Source: a bacterium (GTDB lineage: Bacteria; Cyanobacteriota; Vampirovibrionia; Gastranaerophilales; CAZEDP01). Taken from it: a stretch of DNA of 64,000 bases. Below the pieces are notes generated by a model, which did no database searches, was not told the origin of the DNA, and saw only the letters and a program-made list of their open reading frames with translations. The DNA lies in the NCBI GenBank assembly GCA_043797105.1, contig JAZDPZ010000050.1, positions 10,623-74,622 on the forward strand, given 5' to 3'. Shown piece by piece: positions 40,951 to 51,282 of the stretch (its first letter is position 1; every line of letters starts with the position of its first letter). The translations under genes were made by a program, and so were the position numbers.

Positions 40951-41014
40951 TAAATAATTTTATCTATGTCATCTTATAATAAGATATATAAACAAATTTT
41001 AGAACAAAAGAAAA
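40951..41014. repeat. 64-bp direct repeat, copy 2
   Basis: 63/64 identical to 39574-39637. Confidence 0.92.
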
Positions 41015-41053
41015 GATCAGTATATTTCTTATCTTTATTTATTAAAATAGATT

Positions 41054-44000
41054 TTAGTTCCTGGCATATTTATAAAGAGTAAATATTTCTCGCAAATCCT
41101 TGTTTGACATTTCGGTAATCCAGCTTTCGCCAGTTGAAACAGTTAAATCTGCAAGTTCTTTTTTAGATTTTATGATTTCGTCAATTTTTTCTTCAAAAGT
41201 TCCAAGTGTAATAAGCCTGTGAACAATGACGTTTTTATTTTGACCTATTCTGTATGCTCTGTCAGTTGCCTGATTTTCTACTGCCGGATTCCACCATAAA
41301 TCATAATGAATGACATTTGATGCTTCTGTCAGATTTAAACCCGTTCCACCGGCTTTTAAAGAAATTATCATTAACCTTATTTTTCTTTCATTTTGGAAGG
41401 AATTGACCATTTCATCACGTTTTTTTCTTGTTACACCACCATGAAAAAATATTGCTTCTTCTTTCAATTCTTTTTTAATAATTTCCTGAAGAATATCGCC
41501 CATTTTCCTGTATTGAGTAAATATTAAAGCTTTTTCCCTGTTATCAAGGAGATTTTCTATTATAGAAATTGCTTTTGATGCTTTGCCGGAAAGTTCTGAA
41601 TCAATATTTCCTTTATTTACAAAATGGGCAGGATGATTGCAAATCTGTTTAAGCGAGTTTATGAGCTTAAAAATGAGACCTTTTCTTTGAATGCCGTCAG
41701 AATCTTCAACCTGTTTCATTATATCTTCTACTACATTCTGATAAACCGCTGCCTGCTCTTTTGTTAAATAGCAGTATTCATCAAAAGAAATTTTGTCAGG
41801 CAGATCTGAAATTATTGACTTATCTGTTTTTAATCTGCGTAAAATAAACGGTGAGGTTGCTTTTTTAAACTTTTCAATGATATCCCTATCCTTGTATTTT
41901 TCGATAGGAGTTGCAAGTTCAGTCTTAAATTGAGTTAAAGAACCCATATAACCCTTATTTATAAAATCAAAAATATTCCAGAGTTCTGTTAATCTGTTTT
42001 CAACAGGAGTTCCTGTCATAGCAATATAATTATCGGTTTTTAGAGATTTTACAGCTTTTGTTTGAGCTGTTTCAGCATTTTTAATATTTTGAGCTTCATC
42101 AATAATAAGGAAATTCCAGTCTTTAGAGCTAAATTTCTTTAAATCACGCCTAAAAATACCGTAACTTGTAATTAAAACATCAATGTTTTTAAGATCAAGT
42201 TGCCTTTCAGTTCCGTGATAAATATTTAAATTTAATGATGGCGCAAATTTTCGGCATTCTTTTTCCCAGTTTCCAATAAGAGTCGTAGGACAGATTACAA
42301 GTGATGGTTTTAATTTTTTATTCTCGTTTTTATACTGTAAAAGTAGAGTTATAACCTGAATTGTTTTTCCAAGCCCCATATCATCAGCTATACACGAGCC
42401 AAACTGCTTTTTAGCGTTTGAATAAAGCCATTTAAAACCTCTTTCCTGATAGGGTCTTAAAGTTGCATTAAGATTTTCAGGCACTAAGACTTCTTCTATT
42501 TTTGTAAAATCATCAAGAACTCTCTTTAATGCTCCGTCAGCTTCAAATCTAATACCGTTTATTTCACCGGTAACGGCTGTGTATAAAGCCTGCATTGATG
42601 AGGTCATTTCAGGAATCGGCTCTTTAAGTTTATTTAAAATATTCTGCATTTCTTCAGGCTTTAGAAGAACATACTGATCTTTGTATTTAATTAGTCCCTG
42701 AGTTTCTTTTACAAGTTTTCTAAAGTCTTTTAAGCAAATAGCTTCATCACCCAGCGCAATTTCATAAGAAAAATTAAGCATTTCATGTAAATTAAGATAA
42801 CTTTCACCTGTTTCATTAAATTTTTTGAGTTTTGCCTTTGCCTGCAAATTAGGAAAAGCAAGTTTTTTAAGCTCTTTTGGAAAGATTATTTCAATTCCAA
42901 GAACATTAAAAATATCTGCTGTTTTTAAAAATATCTCTGAAATTTTCTGAATAGATATTATTGGAGCGGTTTCACCTTTTGTATCAACAATATCTTTTAA
43001 CTCTTTAAAATATTCTCCTGCTATTATTAGTTGATTCGCGACTTCGGCTCTGACTTTATCAGCAGGAAGTAAGAAAAATTCCTGAGTCTGTTTTGTTTTT
43101 TTTGATTTTGATTCCTTAAATAATTCTTTATATTGAATTATAGGGTCAAGCGAATTTTTTCTGTTAACAATATCAACAAAAACCTTAAAATTTTCACCTG
43201 TTGAGCTTTCAATTCTTACAAGAGGAGAAATATCCTTTTTACTTATATATAGTTTTTCAAGCCAGTTAAAAATACTCTGAGCTATGTTTTTTTCTGCAAA
43301 GTTACAGGCTTTAAACAGGTAATCATGAGAAAATACAGTAACTATTTTATCTGTATTTGCTATATTCTGATCTCTAAGAACACTTTTCACTATATAAGTA
43401 ATAAAAAAAGAGAGTAAATCAACAATACCATCTTGTGACAGAAATTTATTTTTGTTGTTACAAATATCAACAGGCATTATTTGTTTTAATTTATCTATCA
43501 TCTCCTGGATTTTTGAATCTTTGACAAGTGGAATATATCTGACAGTAAAAGCATCATCTGCTTCAAATATAATTTCCGGCAGGAATAAATTAGCTTTAAC
43601 CAGTCCAAAAACCATAGAAGATAATATATTTAGAAAAGCAAAACTGTCTGAAGCTCTATCAAAATCAATATTTACAGTTGTGCTTAAAAAATAATCCAAA
43701 ACAGATTTACTTTCAATCGTGCTGATTACCTTTGATCCTTTTATTTCAGATTTTTTATTTTTTGGATCAAAAACAGGCAAAATTGTTTTTTCAATATTAA
43801 ATATAGGCGGATTCTTATCGTAGTCGTAAATAAGTGAATTTTTATAATTTAGATTATAACTTTTGGTTATTTCATCAATGATTTTTTGCTTGTCTTCAAC
43901 AAAATTTTCCTTATCAGGAATAATTTTTATTTTAAACAGATTTTTTGGAGAATATGGGTCTTTTGCAAATTCAATCTGAAATTTATTTTTCTGCAAAGCA

Positions 44001-44785
44001 GGTTCTTTATCTATTTCTGAAATAATAAAAGGCAACTGCTGAGACGCAACTTTGTAGATATTTTCAACAAAAGTCTTAAAATTCCCCTCGTTATAAAAAG
44101 GCGGATTGTCTGGAAGCAATGATAAAAGAGATTTTATATCATATTTTGGAAATGAAAATTCAAATTCATCAATATTAATAGTTATTTCTTTGGGTTCAAG
44201 TTTTTCCGATTCAATGAATTTTTCTTTTATTGGGTTAATTTTTATTGTTTTTGTCTGAACTTCAATTCCTGATAGCTTAGTAAGTTCTGAAGTTTCAATC
44301 CCTTTCAGCTCAAACAATATAAAAGGGTCTTTATCCATTTCATTTGCAAGCATATAATATACCGCGGCAAGATGTTTGCAGGGATTGGCAGAGTCAGGAC
44401 AGGAACAGCTCGATTTCAAATCTTTCCATCTTTTGGGAAGCAGTGTTATTTTTTCTTTTTCTATTAATTCAAGCAGTGTTTCAGGCAATTTACCCATTCC
44501 AAGTTCAATAGCAATAGAAGAATTTTGAGAAATTATTTCCTTAATTTTCTTGATTTCATCTTTTGTAAACTTTTCAAGACTGATTTTTATGCTGTATGAG
44601 TCATAATACGAGCCTTTAACACTGGCGGAGATGTTTCCGTTATTAATTTTAATATTTTTAACGCGTCCTTGATTAGCATAGGATTTACCCCTTGCCAGTC
44701 TATTTGAGTCAATCCTCTCAAGAGCTTCAATCCATGCCTGTCCCCACCATGTATTGCCGTATGTTTTTCTTCTGGTTTTTAACAC
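41054..44785 (-). CDS. SWIM zinc finger - SNF2 helicase fusion
   Basis: CSCPDSANPCKH; DDMGLGKT, DEAQ, WNPAVENQATDRAYRIGQ. Confidence 0.93.
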   Translation of the reverse strand: MLKTRRKTYGNTWWGQAWIEALERIDSNRLARGKSYANQGRVKNIKINNGNISASVKGSYYDSYSIKISLEKFTKDEIKKIKEIISQNSSIAIELGMGKLPETLLELIEKEKITLLPKRWKDLKSSCSCPDSANPCKHLAAVYYMLANEMDKDPFILFELKGIETSELTKLSGIEVQTKTIKINPIKEKFIESEKLEPKEITINIDEFEFSFPKYDIKSLLSLLPDNPPFYNEGNFKTFVENIYKVASQQLPFIISEIDKEPALQKNKFQIEFAKDPYSPKNLFKIKIIPDKENFVEDKQKIIDEITKSYNLNYKNSLIYDYDKNPPIFNIEKTILPVFDPKNKKSEIKGSKVISTIESKSVLDYFLSTTVNIDFDRASDSFAFLNILSSMVFGLVKANLFLPEIIFEADDAFTVRYIPLVKDSKIQEMIDKLKQIMPVDICNNKNKFLSQDGIVDLLSFFITYIVKSVLRDQNIANTDKIVTVFSHDYLFKACNFAEKNIAQSIFNWLEKLYISKKDISPLVRIESSTGENFKVFVDIVNRKNSLDPIIQYKELFKESKSKKTKQTQEFFLLPADKVRAEVANQLIIAGEYFKELKDIVDTKGETAPIISIQKISEIFLKTADIFNVLGIEIIFPKELKKLAFPNLQAKAKLKKFNETGESYLNLHEMLNFSYEIALGDEAICLKDFRKLVKETQGLIKYKDQYVLLKPEEMQNILNKLKEPIPEMTSSMQALYTAVTGEINGIRFEADGALKRVLDDFTKIEEVLVPENLNATLRPYQERGFKWLYSNAKKQFGSCIADDMGLGKTIQVITLLLQYKNENKKLKPSLVICPTTLIGNWEKECRKFAPSLNLNIYHGTERQLDLKNIDVLITSYGIFRRDLKKFSSKDWNFLIIDEAQNIKNAETAQTKAVKSLKTDNYIAMTGTPVENRLTELWNIFDFINKGYMGSLTQFKTELATPIEKYKDRDIIEKFKKATSPFILRRLKTDKSIISDLPDKISFDEYCYLTKEQAAVYQNVVEDIMKQVEDSDGIQRKGLIFKLINSLKQICNHPAHFVNKGNIDSELSGKASKAISIIENLLDNREKALIFTQYRKMGDILQEIIKKELKEEAIFFHGGVTRKKRDEMVNSFQNERKIRLMIISLKAGGTGLNLTEASNVIHYDLWWNPAVENQATDRAYRIGQNKNVIVHRLITLGTFEEKIDEIIKSKKELADLTVSTGESWITEMSNKDLREIFTLYKYARN

Positions 44786-44853
44786 TTAATGCCTCTGCAA
44801 AATAACAAATTAATTTATATAGATTGTTTTAAAATTAATTTTGTTCCTTCTTA

Positions 44854-45045
44854 TACCAAGTTGTAATACATAAATATAACTTGTCATTCAGAGGGCGGAG
44901 CAGGCAAAATGGACAGCGAACTCGCGCGAGTCCCTGCTTCGCACGCTGTCCGCATTTCGCAGCGTAGCCCGAAAATCCCATGAGCGTTTGATTCTTAGAT
45001 TGCTTCGCTTCGCTCGCAATAACATATTTGGATTGCAAATTGGTA
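44854..45045. mobile_element. Composite MITE-like element: TA-bounded outer inverted repeats around a REP pair
   Basis: taccaagttgtaat...attgcaaattggta; inner REPs at 44881-44978 and 44997-45024. Confidence 0.65.
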
Positions 45046-45162
45046 TTAATCATAGAAAATTTTATGGATCATCCGTAGTTGTGTATTGACATTTTTAATT
45101 TTAAGCTATTTCTAAATTTTATACTCTGCTTTTTCAGTATAAACTAGATAAAAAAACCCAAG

Positions 45163-46038
45163 TTAAACACGCAGATATTTACGCACTGAAATTATGCTTC
45201 CTCCGGCGCCAACAATAATGCCCATCATTAAAAGGGATAAAATAACAATGTTAATATTCATTGCCGGTGTTGAAACCTGAAAAAAATTAAAAAATTTGTT
45301 TAAATAATTTTGAAGTATACCAAGCGGAATCATGGAAATAACAGCTCCGCAAAGACCATAAAAAGCTCCTTGTAATATATATGGAGATTTAATATACCAA
45401 TTGCTTACACCCATCATTCTCATAATTTCAATTTCCTGTTTTCTTGCCTGAATTACAAGATGAATAGTGTTACTAATGATAAATAAAGTAAGTCCTCCAA
45501 GGAAAATAAGAACAACAATCGTTGCAATATTTGTTATATCGCCTATTTTTTGTACTTTTCTGGCTAATTGCTGAGGATATTGGAGACCTTCAACTCCTTT
45601 AATCTGTTTAATTTTATTAACAACATTTTCCACATAATTTGTATTGTTAACTTTAATATGCAGTGTATTTGGAAGAGGATTTTTAATATCAGGCACATCC
45701 ATCTGGGCTTTTAGATTTTCCCAAGCTTTATCCTTAGTTATAATATTGATTTTTTCTATATTGCCTATTTTAAGTATCTTTTGAGAAACAGACTGAGGAT
45801 CTGCGCCGGCTTTAAGGTAAACAGAAATTTCCAGATTAGTTCCCAATTCCTGAACAAATGTAGAAATACCTAAACTGGTTCTGAATAAACAGCCAAATAT
45901 ACTTAAAATAGCTGCTATAGTGCTAATTATCACAAAATTCATTAGTCCTGTTCTATTTATGCCTTTAAATGTCTCTATTATAATTCTTGTAATTATTCTT
46001 AACTCTTTTGCTATACTTGATAAAAAGATAAAGTTCAT
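45163..46038 (-). CDS. ftsX: Cell division permease FtsX
   Basis: NPLPNTL, RKQEIEIMRMMG; follows ftsE. Confidence 0.92.
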   Translation of the reverse strand: MNFIFLSSIAKELRIITRIIIETFKGINRTGLMNFVIISTIAAILSIFGCLFRTSLGISTFVQELGTNLEISVYLKAGADPQSVSQKILKIGNIEKINIITKDKAWENLKAQMDVPDIKNPLPNTLHIKVNNTNYVENVVNKIKQIKGVEGLQYPQQLARKVQKIGDITNIATIVVLIFLGGLTLFIISNTIHLVIQARKQEIEIMRMMGVSNWYIKSPYILQGAFYGLCGAVISMIPLGILQNYLNKFFNFFQVSTPAMNINIVILSLLMMGIIVGAGGSIISVRKYLRV

Positions 46039-46053
46039 AAGTTCCTCTAAAAA

Positions 46054-46728
46054 TTATTCATAAGTTCCGGAGTATACATCTCTTATTATTTGACCTTTTT
46101 CAAGAGTGATTACTCTTTTTTTAAAATGATTTACAATAATTTGATCGTGTGTGGACACTAATACAGTAGTTCCACGCTGATTAATCTGTTCTAATATTTC
46201 AACAATTTCTAAAGAAGTTTGAGGATCGAGGTTTCCGGTTGGTTCATCGGCAATTAATAAAGGAGGACCATTTACTATTGCCCTTGCAATCCCTATTCTT
46301 TGCTGTTCGCCTCCTGAAAGTTCATTAGGTCTGGCATTTGCCTTATGAGATAAACCCACAACTGTAAGAGCGCCTTTTACGCGTTTGTCGATTTCTTTGG
46401 ATCCCATACCCAAAGCCCTGATAACATAAGCAACATTATCATACGCGCTTTGTTTGGGCAAAAGTTTGAAATCCTGAAAAATAATGCCCATACGTCTTCT
46501 AAGATGAGGAACTTTTGAATGTGAAATTTTGGAAACATCGATTCCGCCAACTAAAACTTCGCCTTCTGTTGGAAATTCTTCTCTATATACTAATCTCATT
46601 ATGGTTGATTTTCCTGCTCCGCTTGAACCAACAAGAAATACAAATTCTCCAACCCTTATATGCAGATTAATATTATCTATGGCATGGTGATCGTCATAAA
46701 CTTTAGTCAGATTCCTTAGTCTTATCAT
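46054..46728 (-). CDS. ftsE: Cell division ATPase FtsE
   Basis: GSSGAGKST, IFQDFKLL, LSGGEQQR, ADEPTGNLDP. Confidence 0.95.
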   Translation of the reverse strand: MIRLRNLTKVYDDHHAIDNINLHIRVGEFVFLVGSSGAGKSTIMRLVYREEFPTEGEVLVGGIDVSKISHSKVPHLRRRMGIIFQDFKLLPKQSAYDNVAYVIRALGMGSKEIDKRVKGALTVVGLSHKANARPNELSGGEQQRIGIARAIVNGPPLLIADEPTGNLDPQTSLEIVEILEQINQRGTTVLVSTHDQIIVNHFKKRVITLEKGQIIRDVYSGTYE

Positions 46729-47687
46729 TAACTGTTTTTTCTCTCTATCAGCTCTATTACCTCATTGATGAATTTTCCGGCTGTTAAACCGTATTCTATC
46801 ATCAATTCATACTCTTTTCCACTTTGTCCGAATTTATCTTTCACACCAACTCTTTTGACTAAAACAGGATAATTTTCACTGACGCATTCACAAACTGCGC
46901 TGCCAAGTCCGCCGATGACTGAATGATTTTCTACTGTTAAAATTGCTCCAGTTTTTTTAACGCTTTTAATTATTGTATTTTCATCAAGAGGCTTAACTAC
47001 CGGCACATTTATTATTTCAGCAAGAATACCTTTTTCTTCAAGTATTTTTGCGCACTCCAGAGCTTCGTATAAAGTTTCGCCATTAGCGGCTATTGTAACA
47101 TCTAAGCCTTCTTTTAATATCCGCGCTTTTGGAAAATTAAATAAATACCTGTTTTCATCAAAAATCAGAGGAGTTTGAGGTCTGTTCAATCTTATATAAA
47201 CAGGTCCTTTATATTCAGCTGCAAATTTTACGGCTTCTTTTGCTTCAATACTGTCAGCAGGAATTATAACCGTCATATTTGGTATTGATCTCATCAGGCT
47301 TATATCTTCCAAAGATTGATGGCTTGCTCCATCTTCGCCTACTGTAATGCCTCCATGTGTTGCAACGATTTTTACGTTAAAGCTAGGATAAGCAACAGAA
47401 TTTCTAACCTGATCCCATGCCCTTCCTGATGCAAAAATAGCAAACGTGCTGACAAAAGGGATTTTTCCGCAGGTGCTGAGTCCGGCTGCTGTTCCTATTG
47501 CATCCTGTTCAGCCACGCCCATATTAAAAAATCTGTCCGGAAAAACTTTTGCAAACTTTCCTGTTTGCGTAGAACATGCTAAATCCGCATCGAGCACTAC
47601 TATATCAGGATTTTTATGTCCCAATTCAACGAGAGTTTCTCCATAAGCAGCTCTTAATGAAGTTTTCACCAATTTATTATTAACCAT
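46728..47687 (-). CDS. Transketolase, C-terminal subunit
   Basis: DADLACST, MGVAEQ, GEDGASHQ. Confidence 0.93.
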   Translation of the reverse strand: MVNNKLVKTSLRAAYGETLVELGHKNPDIVVLDADLACSTQTGKFAKVFPDRFFNMGVAEQDAIGTAAGLSTCGKIPFVSTFAIFASGRAWDQVRNSVAYPSFNVKIVATHGGITVGEDGASHQSLEDISLMRSIPNMTVIIPADSIEAKEAVKFAAEYKGPVYIRLNRPQTPLIFDENRYLFNFPKARILKEGLDVTIAANGETLYEALECAKILEEKGILAEIINVPVVKPLDENTIIKSVKKTGAILTVENHSVIGGLGSAVCECVSENYPVLVKRVGVKDKFGQSGKEYELMIEYGLTAGKFINEVIELIERKNS

Positions 47688-47690
47688 GTT

Positions 47691-48551
47691 TTATATTCCT
47701 CTCAATTCTCTCATAGCTGTTTCAAACTCTTCTTTGTTCGGAGCTTTTCCATGCCATGAAGCATTATTTTCCATAAAGGAAATGCCTTTTCCTTTGACAG
47801 TATCAGCTATAATTACTACAGGAAGAGACTTTTCCTGTCCTAACAAAATAGATTTTTGAACAGCCTGATAGATTTCCTGACAATCATGCCCGTTAATTTT
47901 TAATACCTGCCATCCAAAAGCTTCCCATTTTTTATCAAGAGGCTCAACAGATTTAATATCTTCTGTGCATCCGTCAATTTGCAGACCGTTTCTGTCTACA
48001 ATAGCTGTAACATTTCCAAGCTTATGATGAGAAGAAGTCATAGCAGCTTCCCATATTTGTCCTTCCTGAATTTCACCGTCTCCAAGCAAAACATAAACTC
48101 TCGAAGGTATTTTATCCAGCTTTAAGCCCAAAGCAATGCCGTTAGCCATAGATAATCCCTGTCCGAGAGAGCCTGTCGGAACTTCTATACCGGGTAAAAT
48201 TCCAAAAGCGGGATGTCCCTGCAATCTGGAATTTAAACATCTGAAAGTAGACAGTTCTTCTTTGTCAAAATATCCTGTTTCTGCTAAAATAGCATACAAT
48301 GTAGCAGAAGCATGCCCTTTTGAAAGAACAAATCTGTCTCTGTTTAAATATTCAGGATTTTTTGTCCAGTTATTATAATGCTTTAAACATTTAAAATATA
48401 ATACTGTCAATATTTCGACTGCTGAAAGCGATCCTCCGGGATGTCCGGAATTAGCAGTATGAATCATAAAAATAACTTTTTCTCTAATTTTTTTTGTTAT
48501 TGCAGCAAGCTCTTTAATTTCATTCTCGCTTAATTTGGGTAATTCTGTCAT
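47691..48551 (-). CDS. Transketolase, N-terminal subunit
   Basis: SGHPGGSLS, DRFVLSKGH, GDGEIQEG. Confidence 0.93.
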   Translation of the reverse strand: MTELPKLSENEIKELAAITKKIREKVIFMIHTANSGHPGGSLSAVEILTVLYFKCLKHYNNWTKNPEYLNRDRFVLSKGHASATLYAILAETGYFDKEELSTFRCLNSRLQGHPAFGILPGIEVPTGSLGQGLSMANGIALGLKLDKIPSRVYVLLGDGEIQEGQIWEAAMTSSHHKLGNVTAIVDRNGLQIDGCTEDIKSVEPLDKKWEAFGWQVLKINGHDCQEIYQAVQKSILLGQEKSLPVVIIADTVKGKGISFMENNASWHGKAPNKEEFETAMRELRGI

Positions 48552-49327
48552 TTTAATGCTCTTTTCTTAATACTTGTACTTTTGTTGTCAAACATAATTT
48601 TTATAAAAAATAATGGTAATGACGGAAACATCCGTTTAAACCGTGATGGTTGAGAAATCAACCTGAATAACCATTCCAAACCAAATTTTCTAAAAAATTC
48701 CGGAGCCCTTTTAATTTTTTTTGCCCAGATGTCAAAACTTCCGCCAACACCGATCATTATTATAGAACTTAGCATTTGTTTATGTTTAGCTATCCATAAT
48801 TCCTGTTTTGGAACACCCAAAGCTACAAACAAGACCTGGGGTTTGGAAATTTTTAATTCATCAATAATTCTAAGTTCTTCCTCCTCGTCAAAGTAGCCGT
48901 CATGCATAAAAACAATATTTATTGACTGATACTTTATTTTAAATTCTTTAATTACATTTTCAATAATATCTTTTGAAGCTCCTAAAAAACCTATAGCATA
49001 ATTTTTTTGAACGCATCTTTGTATTAATGCTTCTGAAAATTCAATACCTGGTATTTGGCTGATATCTTTTATTCCCAATTTTTTAAGAGCAAGTATAATA
49101 CCTGTGCCATCCGGAATTATAAGCTCTGCTTGTTCTATTATTCGGCTTAATTTAGGATTTCGGGTTGCCTGAATAATCATCTCAGGATTAATAGTTATAA
49201 CCTGTCCGCCTTTTATTGATTTAATGCTGTCTTCTATAAAATCAACAGCATTTTCCATATTTACAAGATCAATGGGATAATTTAATATATATGCTCTTGT
49301 ATTGTTTTTTTTAATTATTTCGTCCAA
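48548..49327 (-). CDS. WecB/TagA/CpsF glycosyltransferase
   Basis: NPE, IPDG, LGVPKQE, GVGGSFD, LEWLFRL. Confidence 0.93.
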   Translation of the reverse strand: MDEIIKKNNTRAYILNYPIDLVNMENAVDFIEDSIKSIKGGQVITINPEMIIQATRNPKLSRIIEQAELIIPDGTGIILALKKLGIKDISQIPGIEFSEALIQRCVQKNYAIGFLGASKDIIENVIKEFKIKYQSINIVFMHDGYFDEEEELRIIDELKISKPQVLFVALGVPKQELWIAKHKQMLSSIIMIGVGGSFDIWAKKIKRAPEFFRKFGLEWLFRLISQPSRFKRMFPSLPLFFIKIMFDNKSTSIKKRALK

Positions 49328-50460
49328 TTTTTTAGCCTTTTTTTAGAGTTTGATTGTTCATTAATAATTTTAATCAACAAATCAATATTTTGTCGAGATT
49401 TACGTTCTTTTTTAGATGAAAAATCTCTTAATTTATCTTTATAATTATAATCTTTAGCAATTAATTTTTGTATTTTAGATGTTAATTCTTTTTCATTCAT
49501 TTCATTTGCTAAAGTATGCAAAATTTCCGCTTCTTTTGATAAATTCTCTGTTTTTGGGTCATAAGATATACAAAAAACAGGAATACTATATTTAATAGAG
49601 ATAAGAATAGCATGATACCTCATTGCAACAAGATAATCAAGCTGACTTATCAAAGAAATATTCTTAAATATTGATTGTCCTGCTATAAGCTGAATATCCA
49701 AATCCGGATTTAAACTTTTTAAAATTTTTTCAAGATTTCTTAAAATATCTAAATCTTTTGAATCCTGCAAAGAAATCAAAATCAACTGAAAATTTAAGTC
49801 TTTTAAATTTTTATTTAAGGAGTATGCAAGATTTTTTAATTTTTCTTCAGTTAATAAACACCAGTCTCTTAACTGAATCCCTATATTTAATTTTTCTTTA
49901 GTAATAATAAACTTTTCTTTATGCTTAATATTTTTATCTATACCCCATGCCGAATCTGTAGTTATAATAGAATTTTTTACACCTAAAACTTTAAGAAAAT
50001 CACTACTTTCTTTATCTCTTACTGTAATCAAATCAACTTTTTTCAAAGTAAAACCGGTTAAAATTCGTCCTAATTTACTTTTAACAGGACCTATTCCCTG
50101 AGCATATATATAAATTTTTTTATTTAAAATTTTTGCCAAAAATATTAAACTTAAATAATAAAGCAAACTTTTAAAGCTTGTAACATCCTGTAAAAGGCTT
50201 CCTCCGCCACTTATAAATAAATCTGCATTTTTCATTTCATAAAAATTTTTTTTGAAATCGAATTTATAAATCGAATTTATATTATGATTTTTACTTGTTT
50301 TATCAGGATTATTTGAAATCGCAGTTATTTTAGAATTATTAATATTTTTTTTGATTTCTGATACTAAAGCATATAATATTGCTTCATCTCCAAAATTATC
50401 AAAGCCGTAATACCCGGATATTAAAATTTTTTTTGATTTCATAATTTTAACTAATTTCAA
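49315..50460 (-). CDS. csaB: Polysaccharide pyruvyl transferase
   Basis: SGYYGFDNFGDE, GGGSLLQDVTS, AQGIGP, MRYH, SYDPK; the true start is probably the second Met. Confidence 0.92.
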   Translation of the reverse strand: MKLVKIMKSKKILISGYYGFDNFGDEAILYALVSEIKKNINNSKITAISNNPDKTSKNHNINSIYKFDFKKNFYEMKNADLFISGGGSLLQDVTSFKSLLYYLSLIFLAKILNKKIYIYAQGIGPVKSKLGRILTGFTLKKVDLITVRDKESSDFLKVLGVKNSIITTDSAWGIDKNIKHKEKFIITKEKLNIGIQLRDWCLLTEEKLKNLAYSLNKNLKDLNFQLILISLQDSKDLDILRNLEKILKSLNPDLDIQLIAGQSIFKNISLISQLDYLVAMRYHAILISIKYSIPVFCISYDPKTENLSKEAEILHTLANEMNEKELTSKIQKLIAKDYNYKDKLRDFSSKKERKSRQNIDLLIKIINEQSNSKKRLKNWTK

Positions 50461-50569
50461 TTATTAATTGTCTAAAATACTTTTATAATCTGTTATTTAT
50501 GTATGAAATTATAAGTAATAAATAAGAAATTTTCACCTACTTATAAAATTGTTTGTGGAATTAATAGAA

Positions 50570-50593
50570 AAAATCCCGCAAAAACGGGATTTT
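50570..50593 (-). terminator. Intrinsic terminator-like hairpin upstream of csaB
   Basis: aaaatcccg-caaaaa-cgggatttt; T-run on the minus strand. Confidence 0.65.
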
Positions 50594-50949
50594 GAGGATA
50601 GATTTACAAATTATGGAGTTTATAGAGGAGTTTTACACATATAGAAAAACTCTAAAAAGAAAAAAATTGCTTAATTCAAAAGAAAAATGTAATTTTTCTT
50701 TACATTTTTAATTAAATTATAAGTTTTGTTTAAAAAAGTTAATGAAATTTTGTAAACAAATTTAAAAATATTCTATATTAAGAATATTCTTCATTTATAT
50801 TAAAAATACAAAAATAATATATTTTTTTCTCTTTAACAAATTTTTAATAAATTTTTATAGGAAAAATAGGAAAAAATAAGATTTAAAAATTTTTTATATT
50901 TTTATAAAAGCAAACAAAATCTATTTTAATAATTCTAAATTTTAAGGGG

Positions 50950-51270
50950 TTGGGGGAAGATATGGAAGAAAGATTTAATAAAATTATTAATATAGAAAAA
51001 GATAGACTGGGAAATAGCAGGAAACTTTATTCCAGCTTTGTTTTTGAAAAATCTGGCAGTAACAGGTTATTAGAATTTTCAAGGAATTATACAAAATACG
51101 ACGAAATTTTAACTGAATTAGCTGATGTTAAAGAATTTTTCATAGACCCTTATGGCAATAAAAAACATTATTTTTCAAATTTTCAAGTTGAAAAGCCAAG
51201 ATTTGAGATTTTAAAGCTTTTTAAACCGGGTGAGATTTTAAATTCCATTGTTAATAATCACAATATCTAA
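50950..51270 (+). CDS. Hypothetical protein
   Basis: About 100-aa ORF with purine-rich RBS; no recognised motif. Confidence 0.6.
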   Translation: MGEDMEERFNKIINIEKDRLGNSRKLYSSFVFEKSGSNRLLEFSRNYTKYDEILTELADVKEFFIDPYGNKKHYFSNFQVEKPRFEILKLFKPGEILNSIVNNHNI

Positions 51271-51282
51271 ATGATCGAAAAC

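Noticed and set aside
44835..45053. 72-aa ORF
   Set aside because: Read-through of the composite repeat element (VIASEAKQS is REP-encoded)
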